A DNA stretch of 62,277 nucleotides, the filler included, from Clostridia bacterium (GTDB taxonomy: Bacteria > CBDUZB01 > JAGLHV01): assembly GCA_030637025.1 (NCBI GenBank). It is 4 parts of 4 records of this genome, joined end to end, with 100 filler letters (N's around TTAATTAATTAA, not from the genome) between each part and the next. Parts side by side here need not be neighbours in the genome. Positions count along the whole stretch, not along the records: positions 1 to 16,576 come from DAOVVV010000043.1; 3 more parts are not named here. One strand, given 5' to 3'. The notes under the pieces were generated by a model. It saw nothing but the letters and a program-made list of their open reading frames with translations. It was not told the DNA's origin and searched no databases. Both the position numbers and the translations under genes were made by a program. Shown one piece after another: positions 1-8,144 of this stretch (positions are counted from its first letter, which is position 1; each line of letters begins with the position of its first letter).

Positions 1-177
1 GTATTGCGAAAACCTTATAAACTGTCGCTAATGATAAGATTTTTATTTAATGTTATTAGTAAAACAGGATTAATTGATTTCTATTGGAATAGTAATCTAA
101 AGAAAAATGGTGCATTTAAAAACAGATCTGATAAACCATTTGAAGAAGAAATCAACGGCATACAACAACAGCTATGA
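1..177 (+). CDS. 3' end of a cassette ORF (hypothetical; C-terminus weakly resembles flavodoxin-like/NAD(P)H oxidoreductases)
   Basis: Open frame from base 1 (VLRKPYKL...FYWNSNLKKNGAFKNRSDKPF...QQQL*), TGA at 175-177 inside the first attC-like site. Confidence 0.5.
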   Translation, partial: VLRKPYKLSLMIRFLFNVISKTGLIDFYWNSNLKKNGAFKNRSDKPFEEEINGIQQQL

Positions 178-224
178 GCAATGCTCCGCTGATGTTTCGC
201 ACTGTTCATAATTGCACGCTGAGA
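160..224 (+). mobile_element. Degenerate integron attC-like site
   Basis: R''-like ATACAAC (160-166); imperfect stem CAGCTATGAGCAATGC / GCACTGTTCATAATTG; R' decayed to GCTGAGA. Confidence 0.55.
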
Positions 225-257
225 AAAAGAACAAAAACACATAACATATAATCTTAG

Positions 258-728
258 ATGAAAAAAATATTAAATATGAAGATAATTAAGAATTCTATCT
301 ACTATATAGTTTTACTGTTCTTCTTTTTATTATTGGTTGCTAGTTTATCATATGGAAAGAAACAAAATGTAACTGCAAAGATAGAAGGCGAGATAGTAGC
401 TATCTTTAATGAACCTCAGCCCGATGAAAGAGATATCCCGGAAATACTAAAAGTCCCCTATGTTGCAAAAATAAAAGTATTGAAAATTATTAAATCAAAT
501 GAGAATGATTCCATATTTTTAATAGAAAGAAGACTCCAAAACAATAAACCAATCCCTATTAATGAGATTCGATTCGAAAATCATGACTTGAAAAAAGATT
601 TTAAGGAAGGAGATAGATTTATTGCTCGTTTATACTTAAAGGAGCTAGAGTACCATCATTATGGGTATAAGATCACATTTGTCTTAACTGTATTAGAGAA
701 AAAACAATGGTGGAAATTTTGGAAATAG
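258..728 (+). CDS. Exported hypothetical protein, cassette gene, C-terminal KKQWWKFWK
   Basis: 156-aa ORF with N-terminal hydrophobic signal, located between attC-like sites. Confidence 0.7.
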   Translation: MKKILNMKIIKNSIYYIVLLFFFLLLVASLSYGKKQNVTAKIEGEIVAIFNEPQPDERDIPEILKVPYVAKIKVLKIIKSNENDSIFLIERRLQNNKPIPINEIRFENHDLKKDFKEGDRFIARLYLKELEYHHYGYKITFVLTVLEKKQWWKFWK

Positions 729-764
729 TAAAGCCGCTCCGTAAAACCGCTGAGTCCAAACATT

Positions 765-1304
765 ATGCATAAAAAATTATTAAAATCATTATTTTTATTT
801 TTACTTTTAGTTACGGCTACATCATGTGATAATTCCATGAATAACAGTATTGCCGCAAGGAATAATTTTAATAATAAAATTGCAAAAAACATGTTGGAAT
901 CAGCAAGACATATTGGCAGACTTGCTGAACTGCCCAGTTCGAATACTGATTTTAAAATTGCAACAGAAGGAAGTGTATTTACAAGGTCGTTTTACATTGC
1001 ATTTAATGCTCCTCTTGAAGATATCGAAAAGTTAATCCTAAATTCCCCTGGATTAAAGGATATAGAACCTAAAATTTATTCTAAAGAGTATATGTTTATC
1101 GAATACAAGTCATATGAGGAAGAGATTGATTATAACCACGATTTCTTTTTGCGTCGTGAGGGAGTTCCGGAATGGTATACACCGGAGATGAAAATCAAAG
1201 GGAGAAAATATAATATTCCATATAAAAAAGACCATGGAATCGGTGGATATTTTATAGTTAACGATGAAGAAAAAACAGTATATATCTATGTATCTTGGAG
1301 TTAA
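765..1304 (+). CDS. Hypothetical lipoprotein, cassette gene
   Basis: Lipobox-like LLLVTATSC; stop lies immediately before the attC at 1316. Confidence 0.7.
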   Translation: MHKKLLKSLFLFLLLVTATSCDNSMNNSIAARNNFNNKIAKNMLESARHIGRLAELPSSNTDFKIATEGSVFTRSFYIAFNAPLEDIEKLILNSPGLKDIEPKIYSKEYMFIEYKSYEEEIDYNHDFFLRREGVPEWYTPEMKIKGRKYNIPYKKDHGIGGYFIVNDEEKTVYIYVSWS

Positions 1305-1315
1305 TAAAATAAATT

Positions 1316-1395
1316 GCATAACGACTTCATGCAGCTGACTGTTACCCGCGGTGCTTTTGTGCCCCGGATAACGGCAGCTGATGTCGGCGTTATCG
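1316..1395 (+). mobile_element. Integron attC site
   Basis: R'' GCATAAC (1316-1322), R' GTTATCG (1389-1395); internal stem CATGCAGCTGACTGTTA / TAACGGCAGCTGATG with extrahelical bases; GC-rich island in AT-rich DNA. Confidence 0.8.
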
Positions 1396-1435
1396 GAAAA
1401 TAATAGAATATAAATGAACAGTAAAGGAGGTAAAT

Positions 1436-1684
1436 ATGTTAAAAACTATTATAACTTTCGGTATAATAATATTAGGAATAATTATCTGTTTTGCAGTAAT
1501 TAATATCAAAAAGAAAAATATTAGAGACAGGATTAAATTTATTGCGTTTCCAATGTCGATGTATCTATTAGGCTGGTTTCATAATTCGAATAACAGTAGC
1601 CATATTTTGTATTACATTGCTGTGTGCATTGTCCCAATAGCAGCATATATCTCAGCTACTCTTGTCAAAGATAAGATAAAATAA
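1436..1684 (+). CDS. Small 3-TM membrane protein, cassette gene
   Basis: AAAGGAGG RBS; hydrophobic 82 aa; flanked by attC-like sites. Confidence 0.75.
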   Translation: MLKTIITFGIIILGIIICFAVINIKKKNIRDRIKFIAFPMSMYLLGWFHNSNNSSHILYYIAVCIVPIAAYISATLVKDKIK

Positions 1685-1707
1685 CTATTGAAAGATGTCA
1701 AAAAAGC

Positions 1708-1780
1708 AGATAACCAGTCACTTTAGCTGACCGTAACCCTCGCCCGATGGGCGTGTGTTCCGGCAGATAAATTTATTAAG
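1708..1780 (+). mobile_element. Degenerate attC-like site (R' lost)
   Basis: AGATAAC R''; TTTAGCTGACCG...CGGCAGATAAA stem related to the 1316 site; CGCCC-GAT-GGGCG apical hairpin; no GTT core. Confidence 0.55.
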
Positions 1781-1866
1781 CGTGTGTATGATTTTGTTGA
1801 AAACCATTCAAATAAATGATTCTAAGTTCAAGCCTTTATTTTATATCCCATAACTGCGTTTTTATC

Positions 1867-1933
1867 TTGACAAACAAATAGGACATATGGTATATTATTA
1901 TTGAATGAAGCATATAGGACATATGTCCTATAT
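1867..1933 (+). promoter_or_regulatory. Sigma70 promoter with palindromic operator upstream of HTH-Fic
   Basis: TTGACA 1867-1872, TGnTATATT 1888-1896; perfect 22-bp palindrome ATATAGGACATATGTCCTATAT 1912-1933 and partial copy ATAGGACATATG 1878-1889 in the spacer. Confidence 0.7.
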
Positions 1934-2003
1934 TCTTTGGAAGAGAATTATTTATAAAGTTCGTAATAGTTTTTTTATAAGCAATTAGAGGGGGTATTAA
2001 AAA

Positions 2004-2918
2004 ATGAAAATACATTTTTTAACCGCTAAAGAAAAGTTGGAAAAAATCCTTAAAATAACCGGGGTATCCCGTTCCGAGCTTGCACGGCGACTGGAAGTAA
2101 GCTATAAGACTATGTATCGCTGGCTGGATAAAAATGTCGTGCCGCATCCTTCTCAGTCTAATGATATTGAACAATTATTTAAAGAATATGTGGATTTAAG
2201 AAATGTTGTTTTGCAATTGCGTAATAAGCTAAAAAATCCTATCCAGATATTAAAGAATAACAAAGAAATACGGGATAAATTTTTTTTGGAAATGACCTAT
2301 CATTCTAATGCCATAGAAGGAAGTCGTTTGACGGTAAAAGAGACTGAAAGGGCTTTTGAAGGAAAAATGGTGAGGGGGAAGGAATTATTTGAGATTTTAG
2401 AGGCCGTCAATCATAGAAATGCTTTGGAGTTTCTATTGGATAAGATTTGTTGCGACTTTAAAATTGATCAGAATTACATCTTGAAACTGCACGAAATAGT
2501 AATGTATAATTTTGGTAATAAATTACCCGGTAAATACCGGACAGGGTTTGTTAATCTGACTAATACGGAAAAAGTACTTCCTTCGGCAGAGGATGTTCCT
2601 CTCAGGATGGGTAAGTTAGTTAAAAATATTAATAATTATCAAAAAGAACCTATAAAAAAAATTGCCCACGACCATTATGAATTTGAAGTTATTCATCCCT
2701 TTTTTGATGGAAATGGAAGGGTAGGAAGACTGATTATGATTACCCAGCTTTTAAGCAAGGGTTTTGCCCCGGCAATTATTCAGATAGAGGATAGGTATAA
2801 ATATTATATGGCCCTGGGTAAAGCCGATTATGGTGATTACAAAAATATTGTCCAGATGGTTTGTGATTGTATCATAAAAGGATACCATTTTTTTGAAAAG
2901 AATACAAAAAATAGTTAA
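2004..2918 (+). CDS. Fic family protein with N-terminal XRE-type HTH
   Basis: HPFFDGNGRVGR Fic motif; SNAIEG inhibitory motif; N-terminal SRSELARRLEVSYKTMYRW HTH. Confidence 0.92.
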   Translation: MKIHFLTAKEKLEKILKITGVSRSELARRLEVSYKTMYRWLDKNVVPHPSQSNDIEQLFKEYVDLRNVVLQLRNKLKNPIQILKNNKEIRDKFFLEMTYHSNAIEGSRLTVKETERAFEGKMVRGKELFEILEAVNHRNALEFLLDKICCDFKIDQNYILKLHEIVMYNFGNKLPGKYRTGFVNLTNTEKVLPSAEDVPLRMGKLVKNINNYQKEPIKKIAHDHYEFEVIHPFFDGNGRVGRLIMITQLLSKGFAPAIIQIEDRYKYYMALGKADYGDYKNIVQMVCDCIIKGYHFFEKNTKNS

Positions 2919-2976
2919 AAATTATTTGGTTAAAAATTTTTTCAAAAAGAGGACAAAACACTTTAAAAAAAAACAC

Positions 2977-3031
2977 TTGACAAAATTTAGGTTAAGTTGT
3001 ATAATTACAATTGGGAATGAAAACCATTACC
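2977..3031 (+). promoter_or_regulatory. Consensus sigma70 promoter plus Fur box upstream of fur
   Basis: TTGACA 2977-2982, 17 bp, TATAAT 3000-3005; GGGAATGAAAACCATTACC (3013-3031) matches 14/19 of GATAATGATAATCATTATC. Confidence 0.75.
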
Positions 3032-3049
3032 ATTAGGAGATGATTAAAG

Positions 3050-3517
3050 ATGCCCGGACGAAATGGCAAAGGGCCACCATGGTGGCACGGAAAATTTAGA
3101 AGCTGTGGTTATAGGCTAACGATACCCAGAGAAATGATTTTAGATGTTCTAAATAAGGCAGCAAAACATTTAAGTGCCGAGGAGATATATCTGGCGGTGC
3201 AGAAAGTGTATTCGGCTATTGGACTTACTACGATTTATCGCACTCTGGAATTATTGGTACAAATGGGCTTGGTTTTTAAATTTGATTTTGGAGATAAAAG
3301 ATCGCGTTATGAATTAGCGGACGGGCCTAAGGGGATAAGACATCATTATCATTTGGTATGCACAGGTTGTGGTAGAGTAATAGATTATACGGATTTTATT
3401 GATGAAGCCAAAGAACTTCTTTTGCAAACCCAAAAGGGTCTTACTAAAAAATATAATTTTAAGATTACTAATCATCTTATTCAGTTTTACGGGTTGTGTG
3501 AAAAGTGCCAAAAGTAA
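3050..3517 (+). CDS. fur: Fur family transcriptional regulator
   Basis: HLSAEEIY, TTIYRTLELL, HHYHLVCTGCG, C-terminal GLCEKC. Confidence 0.93.
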   Translation: MPGRNGKGPPWWHGKFRSCGYRLTIPREMILDVLNKAAKHLSAEEIYLAVQKVYSAIGLTTIYRTLELLVQMGLVFKFDFGDKRSRYELADGPKGIRHHYHLVCTGCGRVIDYTDFIDEAKELLLQTQKGLTKKYNFKITNHLIQFYGLCEKCQK

Positions 3518-3553
3518 AAACTGATGGAAGTATATATTTTTTTTGCCATAAAT

Positions 3554-3572
3554 GAAAATGATTATCATTAGT
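3554..3572 (+). promoter_or_regulatory. Fur box
   Basis: GAAAATGATTATCATTAGT, 15/19 match to the Fur consensus, upstream of the RBS of the next gene. Confidence 0.75.
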
Positions 3573-3596
3573 AATAAAAGAAAGGAGGTGATTACT

Positions 3597-3977
3597 ATGC
3601 CAGGTGGAGATAGAACAGGTCCTAGTGGATTAGGACCAAAGACCGGTCGAGCAGCCGGCTATTGTGCCGGTTACCCTACGCCAGGCTATATGAATTCTAT
3701 TCCCGGTAGAGGTCGGGGTGGATTTGGCCGTGGTTGGGGTAGAGGTAGAGGACGTGGTGGTGGTCGAGGTTTTGGTTGGCAAGGGTTTGCGTATCCTTAT
3801 GAAAATCCATACTATACAAATGCTTATCCTGCTATGCCATACGCTCCGGAGATTAATCCTCAACAAGAGGCAGCCATGTTAAAAGAACAGTCTAAAGCTT
3901 TGCAAGAAGAAATCAATCTTGTAAACCAGCGCATAAAGGAGTTAGAATCGGCTGTAGCATCAAAAGACAATGAGTAA
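3597..3977 (+). CDS. DUF5320-like Gly/Arg-rich protein with C-terminal coiled coil
   Basis: Start reassigned to ATG 3597 after AAGGAGGTG; MPGGDRTGPSGLGPKTGRAAGYC, GRG repeats, LKEQSKALQEEINLVNQRIKELE. Confidence 0.85.
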   Translation: MPGGDRTGPSGLGPKTGRAAGYCAGYPTPGYMNSIPGRGRGGFGRGWGRGRGRGGGRGFGWQGFAYPYENPYYTNAYPAMPYAPEINPQQEAAMLKEQSKALQEEINLVNQRIKELESAVASKDNE

Positions 3978-3981
3978 GCGA

Positions 3982-4018
3982 TAGGTGGGAATAGAATTAA
4001 AAGTTTTATTCCCACCTA
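3982..4018 (+). terminator. Strong intra-operon hairpin (terminator or mRNA stabiliser)
   Basis: TAGGTGGGAATAGAA / TTTTATTCCCACCTA inverted repeat just after the stop; weak U tract. Confidence 0.55.
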
Positions 4019-4045
4019 AATTTCAGAAGACAAAAGAGGTTAATT

Positions 4046-4432
4046 ATGAAAATAGCAATTTCAACTGATGGAGATTTTGTTTCTTCCCATTTTGGACGTT
4101 GTCCACATTTTACTATTGTAGATATTGATAATAATGAGGTGGTTAAAAAAGAGATAATTGATAATCCGGGTCATCATCCGGGATTTATCCCGCAGTTTTT
4201 ACACCAAAAAGGGGTTGAATGTATTGTTGCAGGTGGAATGGGTGCACACGCTATACAACTTTTTAATGAAACAAAAATAAAGACAATAGTAGGAATAAGT
4301 GGTACAATAAAAGAGACAATAGAAAAGCTTGGAAAAGGAACATTAGCAAGCAAAGAAAGTCTTTGTAGTCCAGGTGCAGGTAAGGACTATGGCGTTGAAA
4401 AAACTGTCTGTGATCATTCTTCGGAAGAATAA
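4046..4432 (+). CDS. NifB/NifX family (FeMo-co biosynthesis-like) protein
   Basis: MKIAI, SSHFGRCPHF, GGMG motifs. Confidence 0.88.
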   Translation: MKIAISTDGDFVSSHFGRCPHFTIVDIDNNEVVKKEIIDNPGHHPGFIPQFLHQKGVECIVAGGMGAHAIQLFNETKIKTIVGISGTIKETIEKLGKGTLASKESLCSPGAGKDYGVEKTVCDHSSEE

Positions 4433-4453
4433 TTAAAAAAGAGAGGTAAAAAG

Positions 4454-4831
4454 ATGAAAATTTGTATAACAGCACAAGGGGATAATTTAGATTCCATGGT
4501 AGATTCCCGTTTCGGAAGATGCCGGTATTTTATTGTAGTAGATAGTGATACTTTAGAATTTGAGGCAATACAAAATCCAAATACAGAAACAACGGGTGGC
4601 GCGGGAATTTTATCCGCTCAACTTATTGCTGAAAAGCAGGTTAAAGCAGTGTTGTCGGGAAATATTGGGCCTAATGCTTTTCAAACTCTTCAAGCGGCAG
4701 GGATAGAAATAATTACCGGGGTTTCGGAAAAAGTAAAAGAAGTAATTGAACAGTATAAACAAGGTAAATTAAAAGCAACACAGGATTCGAGTGTAAAGGC
4801 GAAATTTGGTATGCCGGATCAGAATGTTTAA
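4454..4831 (+). CDS. NifB/NifX family protein
   Basis: DSRFGRCRYF, GGAGI, GNIGPNAF motifs. Confidence 0.88.
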   Translation: MKICITAQGDNLDSMVDSRFGRCRYFIVVDSDTLEFEAIQNPNTETTGGAGILSAQLIAEKQVKAVLSGNIGPNAFQTLQAAGIEIITGVSEKVKEVIEQYKQGKLKATQDSSVKAKFGMPDQNV

Positions 4832-4851
4832 AAATTAAGGAGGTGATTAAA

Positions 4852-5067
4852 ATGCCAGGAGGAGATGGAACAGGCCCCTTTGGTCAGGGTCCCAGAAGAG
4901 GAGGAGGACGAGGTCAGGGAGGAGGATTTGGAGGCGGTCGTGGCGGTATGGGCCCGGGAAGTTTTTGCTTATGTCCAAAGTGTGGAAATAAGGTTGCTCA
5001 TCAGGCAGGGGTTCCCTGTACTACATTAAGTTGTCCGAATTGTGGGACAAAAATGATTAGAAAATAA
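4852..5067 (+). CDS. Small DUF5320-like Gly-rich protein with Cys zinc/iron ribbon
   Basis: ATG 4852 after AAGGAGGTG; MPGGDGTGP, Gly/Arg tract, CLCPKCG...PC...CPNCG. Confidence 0.8.
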   Translation: MPGGDGTGPFGQGPRRGGGRGQGGGFGGGRGGMGPGSFCLCPKCGNKVAHQAGVPCTTLSCPNCGTKMIRK

Positions 5068-5165
5068 ACGCAAAAATTTGCTATAATAATTAAAACAGAT
5101 TTTGCCTTTATAATTTAGTGTTTATATTTTAAATTCTGATTTTTTGAAAGAGAGAAAAAAAATAG

Positions 5166-6011
5166 ATGATTATTTCAGTAGCCAGTGGTAAAGGCGGGAC
5201 AGGAAAGACATTAGTATCTACCAGTCTTGCCCTTGTTATAGAGAATAATGTACAATTATTAGACTGTGATGTAGAGGAACCCAATGCTCATATTTTTATA
5301 AAAGCGGAGATTAAAAATAAATATCCGGCTTTTATTCCTATTCCTCAAATTGATAAAAGCAAATGTGATTTTTGTGGTAAATGTGCTCAAGTGTGTGTTT
5401 ATAATGCTATAGCAGTATTAAAGCAGGATGTTTTGGTTTTTAAAGAGCTTTGCCATGGTTGTGGTTCCTGTAGTTTTCTTTGTCCTCAGAAAGCAATAAG
5501 AGAAGTTAATAAAGAAATCGGAGTAGTTGAGAGTGGTAATTTCAAATCTATAGAATTAGTTCAGGGTAAGCTTAATATTGGTGAGGCAATGTCCCCACCT
5601 TTAATTCGAGAGGTCAAAGAACTTATAAATCCTGAGAAAACGGTAATTATTGATGCCCCTCCCGGAACTTCCTGTCCGGTCATTGTTTCTGTTACAGGAA
5701 CGGATTTTTGCCTATTAGTAACAGAACCGACTCCCTTTGGTCTTAATGATTTGATTTTAAGTGTGGAAGTAATGAGAAAACTTAAGATTCCTTTTGGAGT
5801 AGCCATTAATCGTTGCAATTTGGGAAATGAAGAAACGCAAAAGTATTGTGAGAAAGAAAATATTCCTATATTGATAAATATTCCTTTTAAAAAAGAAATA
5901 GCGGTTGCTTATTCTAAAGGAATACCCCTGGTGGAAGCTTTTCCCGAATATAAAAGAAATTTTCAGGATTTGTTGAATAAGGTAATATCAATAATAAAAA
6001 GTAAGCAATGA
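5166..6011 (+). CDS. MinD-superfamily P-loop ATPase with inserted 2x[4Fe-4S] ferredoxin domain
   Basis: SGKGGTGKT, DCDVEEPN, CDFCGKCAQVC and CHGCGSCSFLC, DAPPGTSCP. Confidence 0.92.
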   Translation: MIISVASGKGGTGKTLVSTSLALVIENNVQLLDCDVEEPNAHIFIKAEIKNKYPAFIPIPQIDKSKCDFCGKCAQVCVYNAIAVLKQDVLVFKELCHGCGSCSFLCPQKAIREVNKEIGVVESGNFKSIELVQGKLNIGEAMSPPLIREVKELINPEKTVIIDAPPGTSCPVIVSVTGTDFCLLVTEPTPFGLNDLILSVEVMRKLKIPFGVAINRCNLGNEETQKYCEKENIPILINIPFKKEIAVAYSKGIPLVEAFPEYKRNFQDLLNKVISIIKSKQ

Positions 6012-6035
6012 AATTAAATTATACAAGGATTAAAG

Positions 6036-6923
6036 ATGAAACAAATTGTAATAATCAGTGGTAAAGGTGGAACAGGAAAAACAGTAGTAACCGGGGCTTT
6101 TGCTTCTTTAGCTAAAAATAAAATAATGGCAGACTGCGATGTTGATGCTGCCGATTTACATTTATTGCTTAAACCGGAAATAAAAAAAAGGCATGAATTT
6201 AAAAGCGGGGTGACTGCATTTATTGACAAAGAGCTTTGTAGTCAGTGTGGACAATGTGTTCAGGTGTGCCGTTTTTCTGCCGTAGAAATTGGAAAAAACG
6301 TTTCCGGAGAAAAAGAATTTACAATAGATCCTATTGCTTGTGAAGGATGTGCTTTCTGTAGCTTCGTATGTCCTACCGAAGCGATAAAAATGGAAGAGAA
6401 TATATCCGGAGAATGGTATATTTCGGATACCAGATTCGGCCCTTTTGTTCATGCCAGGCTGGGAATAGCTTCGGAAAATTCAGGTAAATTAGTTGCTCTG
6501 GTAAAACAAAAAGCAAAGGAATTAGCTGAAAAACAGAATTGTGATTGGATTATTATAGATGGTGCGCCCGGGATAGGTTGTCCGGTGATTGCTTCGTTAT
6601 CCGGCATAGATTATGCGTTAGTTATAACTGAGCCGACATTATCCGGTCTTCACGATGCAGACAGGGTGATTCAGGTAGTAAAGCATTTTAAAATCTCGGT
6701 TAGATTAATCATAAACAAATACGATTTAAATAAAGAGATGACTGAAAAAATAGAAGAATATTGTAAAAACAATAATATCCCTCTTGTTGGTAAAATCAGT
6801 TTTGATGAATCCATGGTAAAAGCGATTATAGAAGGTAAAACAATTATAGAATATGGATATGGTAAAGCCAGAGAGGAGATTACTGCAATTTGGGATACAT
6901 TACAAAAAGAGGAACAAAAGTAA
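6036..6923 (+). CDS. MinD-superfamily P-loop ATPase with inserted ferredoxin domain (paralogue)
   Basis: SGKGGTGKT, DCDVDAADL, CSQCGQCVQVC and CEGCAFCSFVCP, DGAPGIGCP. Confidence 0.92.
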   Translation: MKQIVIISGKGGTGKTVVTGAFASLAKNKIMADCDVDAADLHLLLKPEIKKRHEFKSGVTAFIDKELCSQCGQCVQVCRFSAVEIGKNVSGEKEFTIDPIACEGCAFCSFVCPTEAIKMEENISGEWYISDTRFGPFVHARLGIASENSGKLVALVKQKAKELAEKQNCDWIIIDGAPGIGCPVIASLSGIDYALVITEPTLSGLHDADRVIQVVKHFKISVRLIINKYDLNKEMTEKIEEYCKNNNIPLVGKISFDESMVKAIIEGKTIIEYGYGKAREEITAIWDTLQKEEQK

Positions 6924-7103
6924 TAAGGTAATAAAGAACCAACAGTATCTTCCCATTACGCAAAAAAAATACACTTCGTTTTGTTTCCAGCCAAAACTGA
7001 TCTTTAAAAATGCATGTTTGTTTTCTAAGTATAATTAAAATTTTTAAAGAAGGGAATATATATTTACGAGACAGGAATTTTATTAAAAAGGAAGGGAAAA
7101 ATT

Positions 7104-7304
7104 ATGCCTATTTATACCTATTTTTGCAAAGATTGTGGTGAAAAATTTGATTTGTTATTAGGTGTTACTTCTGAGAAAGTGGAACTCAAATGCAAAAAGT
7201 GCGGAAGGAAGAATATTAAGAAAATATTAAGTTCATTCAATGTGGGAAATTCCGGTTCCTCCGGACCAAGCTGTCCTTCAGGAACATGTCCTACAGGGTT
7301 TTAA
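7104..7304 (+). CDS. FmdB family zinc-ribbon protein
   Basis: MPIYTYFCKDCG...CKKCG, C-terminal SCPSGTCP. Confidence 0.88.
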   Translation: MPIYTYFCKDCGEKFDLLLGVTSEKVELKCKKCGRKNIKKILSSFNVGNSGSSGPSCPSGTCPTGF

Positions 7305-7334
7305 GTAAAATCTTAGTATAGATTCCTGTTTTTC

Positions 7335-7441
7335 AGATTATGTTATAACTCATATTTTCATATGGTAGCCGCAGGCTTTAGCCTGCGTTATCGCCGGAGC
7401 TTTTCCGCAGGCTAAAGCCTGCGACTACTATGACACAGTTT
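7335..7441 (+). repeat. MITE-like element containing a GTAG-type REP doublet (copy 1)
   Basis: GTAGCCGCAGGCTTTAGCCTGCG (7365-7387) and inverted CGCAGGCTAAAGCCTGCGACTAC (7406-7428); ends GATTATGTTATA / TATGACACAGT; related copy at 10442. Confidence 0.75.
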
Positions 7442-7515
7442 GTTCTCAGGAATGGCAATAAAGGTAAAAAGGCTATTTTGCAGAACTATTTTTAATAAAG
7501 CAATAGGAGGTAAAG

Positions 7516-7968
7516 ATGAGTGAAGTAAGACAAAGAAGCAAAAAATTTATCTATAGAACAAAAATTAAGTGGGACAAAGCGAAGAAGGGATTTCTTTCTT
7601 CTTCCGGTAAACCGGATATAGAGACAGCCACACCCCCTGAATTTCGGGGACACGCAGGTATTTGGACACCGGAAGACTTTTTTGTTGCCGCAGTTAATTC
7701 CTGTATTATGACTACTTTTTTATATTACGCTGAGAGGGAAAGTATAGAGTTTGTAAGTTATGAAAGTGAGGCTGAAGGGATTTTGGAAAGAGTCGAAAAT
7801 CAATTAATGTTTTCCCTTATTACGGTACGACCCAGGATTGTAATCGCTTTAAGCGATCAGAAGGAAAAAGTAGAAAAACTGATGAAAAGCTCTGAGAGGG
7901 GTTGTCTTATATCCCATTCCATAAAGTCTAAAGTTGAAGTGATAGTTGAAATAACTATTAGAAAATAA
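7516..7968 (+). CDS. OsmC family protein
   Basis: TPPEFRG, WTPEDFFVAAVNSC, CLISHSIK. Confidence 0.88.
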   Translation: MSEVRQRSKKFIYRTKIKWDKAKKGFLSSSGKPDIETATPPEFRGHAGIWTPEDFFVAAVNSCIMTTFLYYAERESIEFVSYESEAEGILERVENQLMFSLITVRPRIVIALSDQKEKVEKLMKSSERGCLISHSIKSKVEVIVEITIRK

Positions 7969-8144
7969 AATACCGATAATCTCACCGCTATACCTGATGT
8001 TTACACTTCAGTTCTCTTCCCTCATTGACTTTTTTTTTCCTTTGTGTTAACATACTTCATATAAAAGTCCACCAAAAAAACAGGGAGAATAAAGGTAAAA
8101 CTAACCATAAAAATTTTGGATAAAGAATACAAAAAGGATATGAT

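Noticed and set aside
3552-3596. Longer N-terminus (MKMIIISN...) given by the ORF track
   Set aside because: These codons are the Fur box; the strong RBS points to ATG 3597
4046-4831. Nitrogen fixation inferred from NifB/NifX-like genes
   Set aside because: No nifHDK/nifEN or radical-SAM NifB here; stand-alone NifX-fold proteins are common in non-diazotrophs
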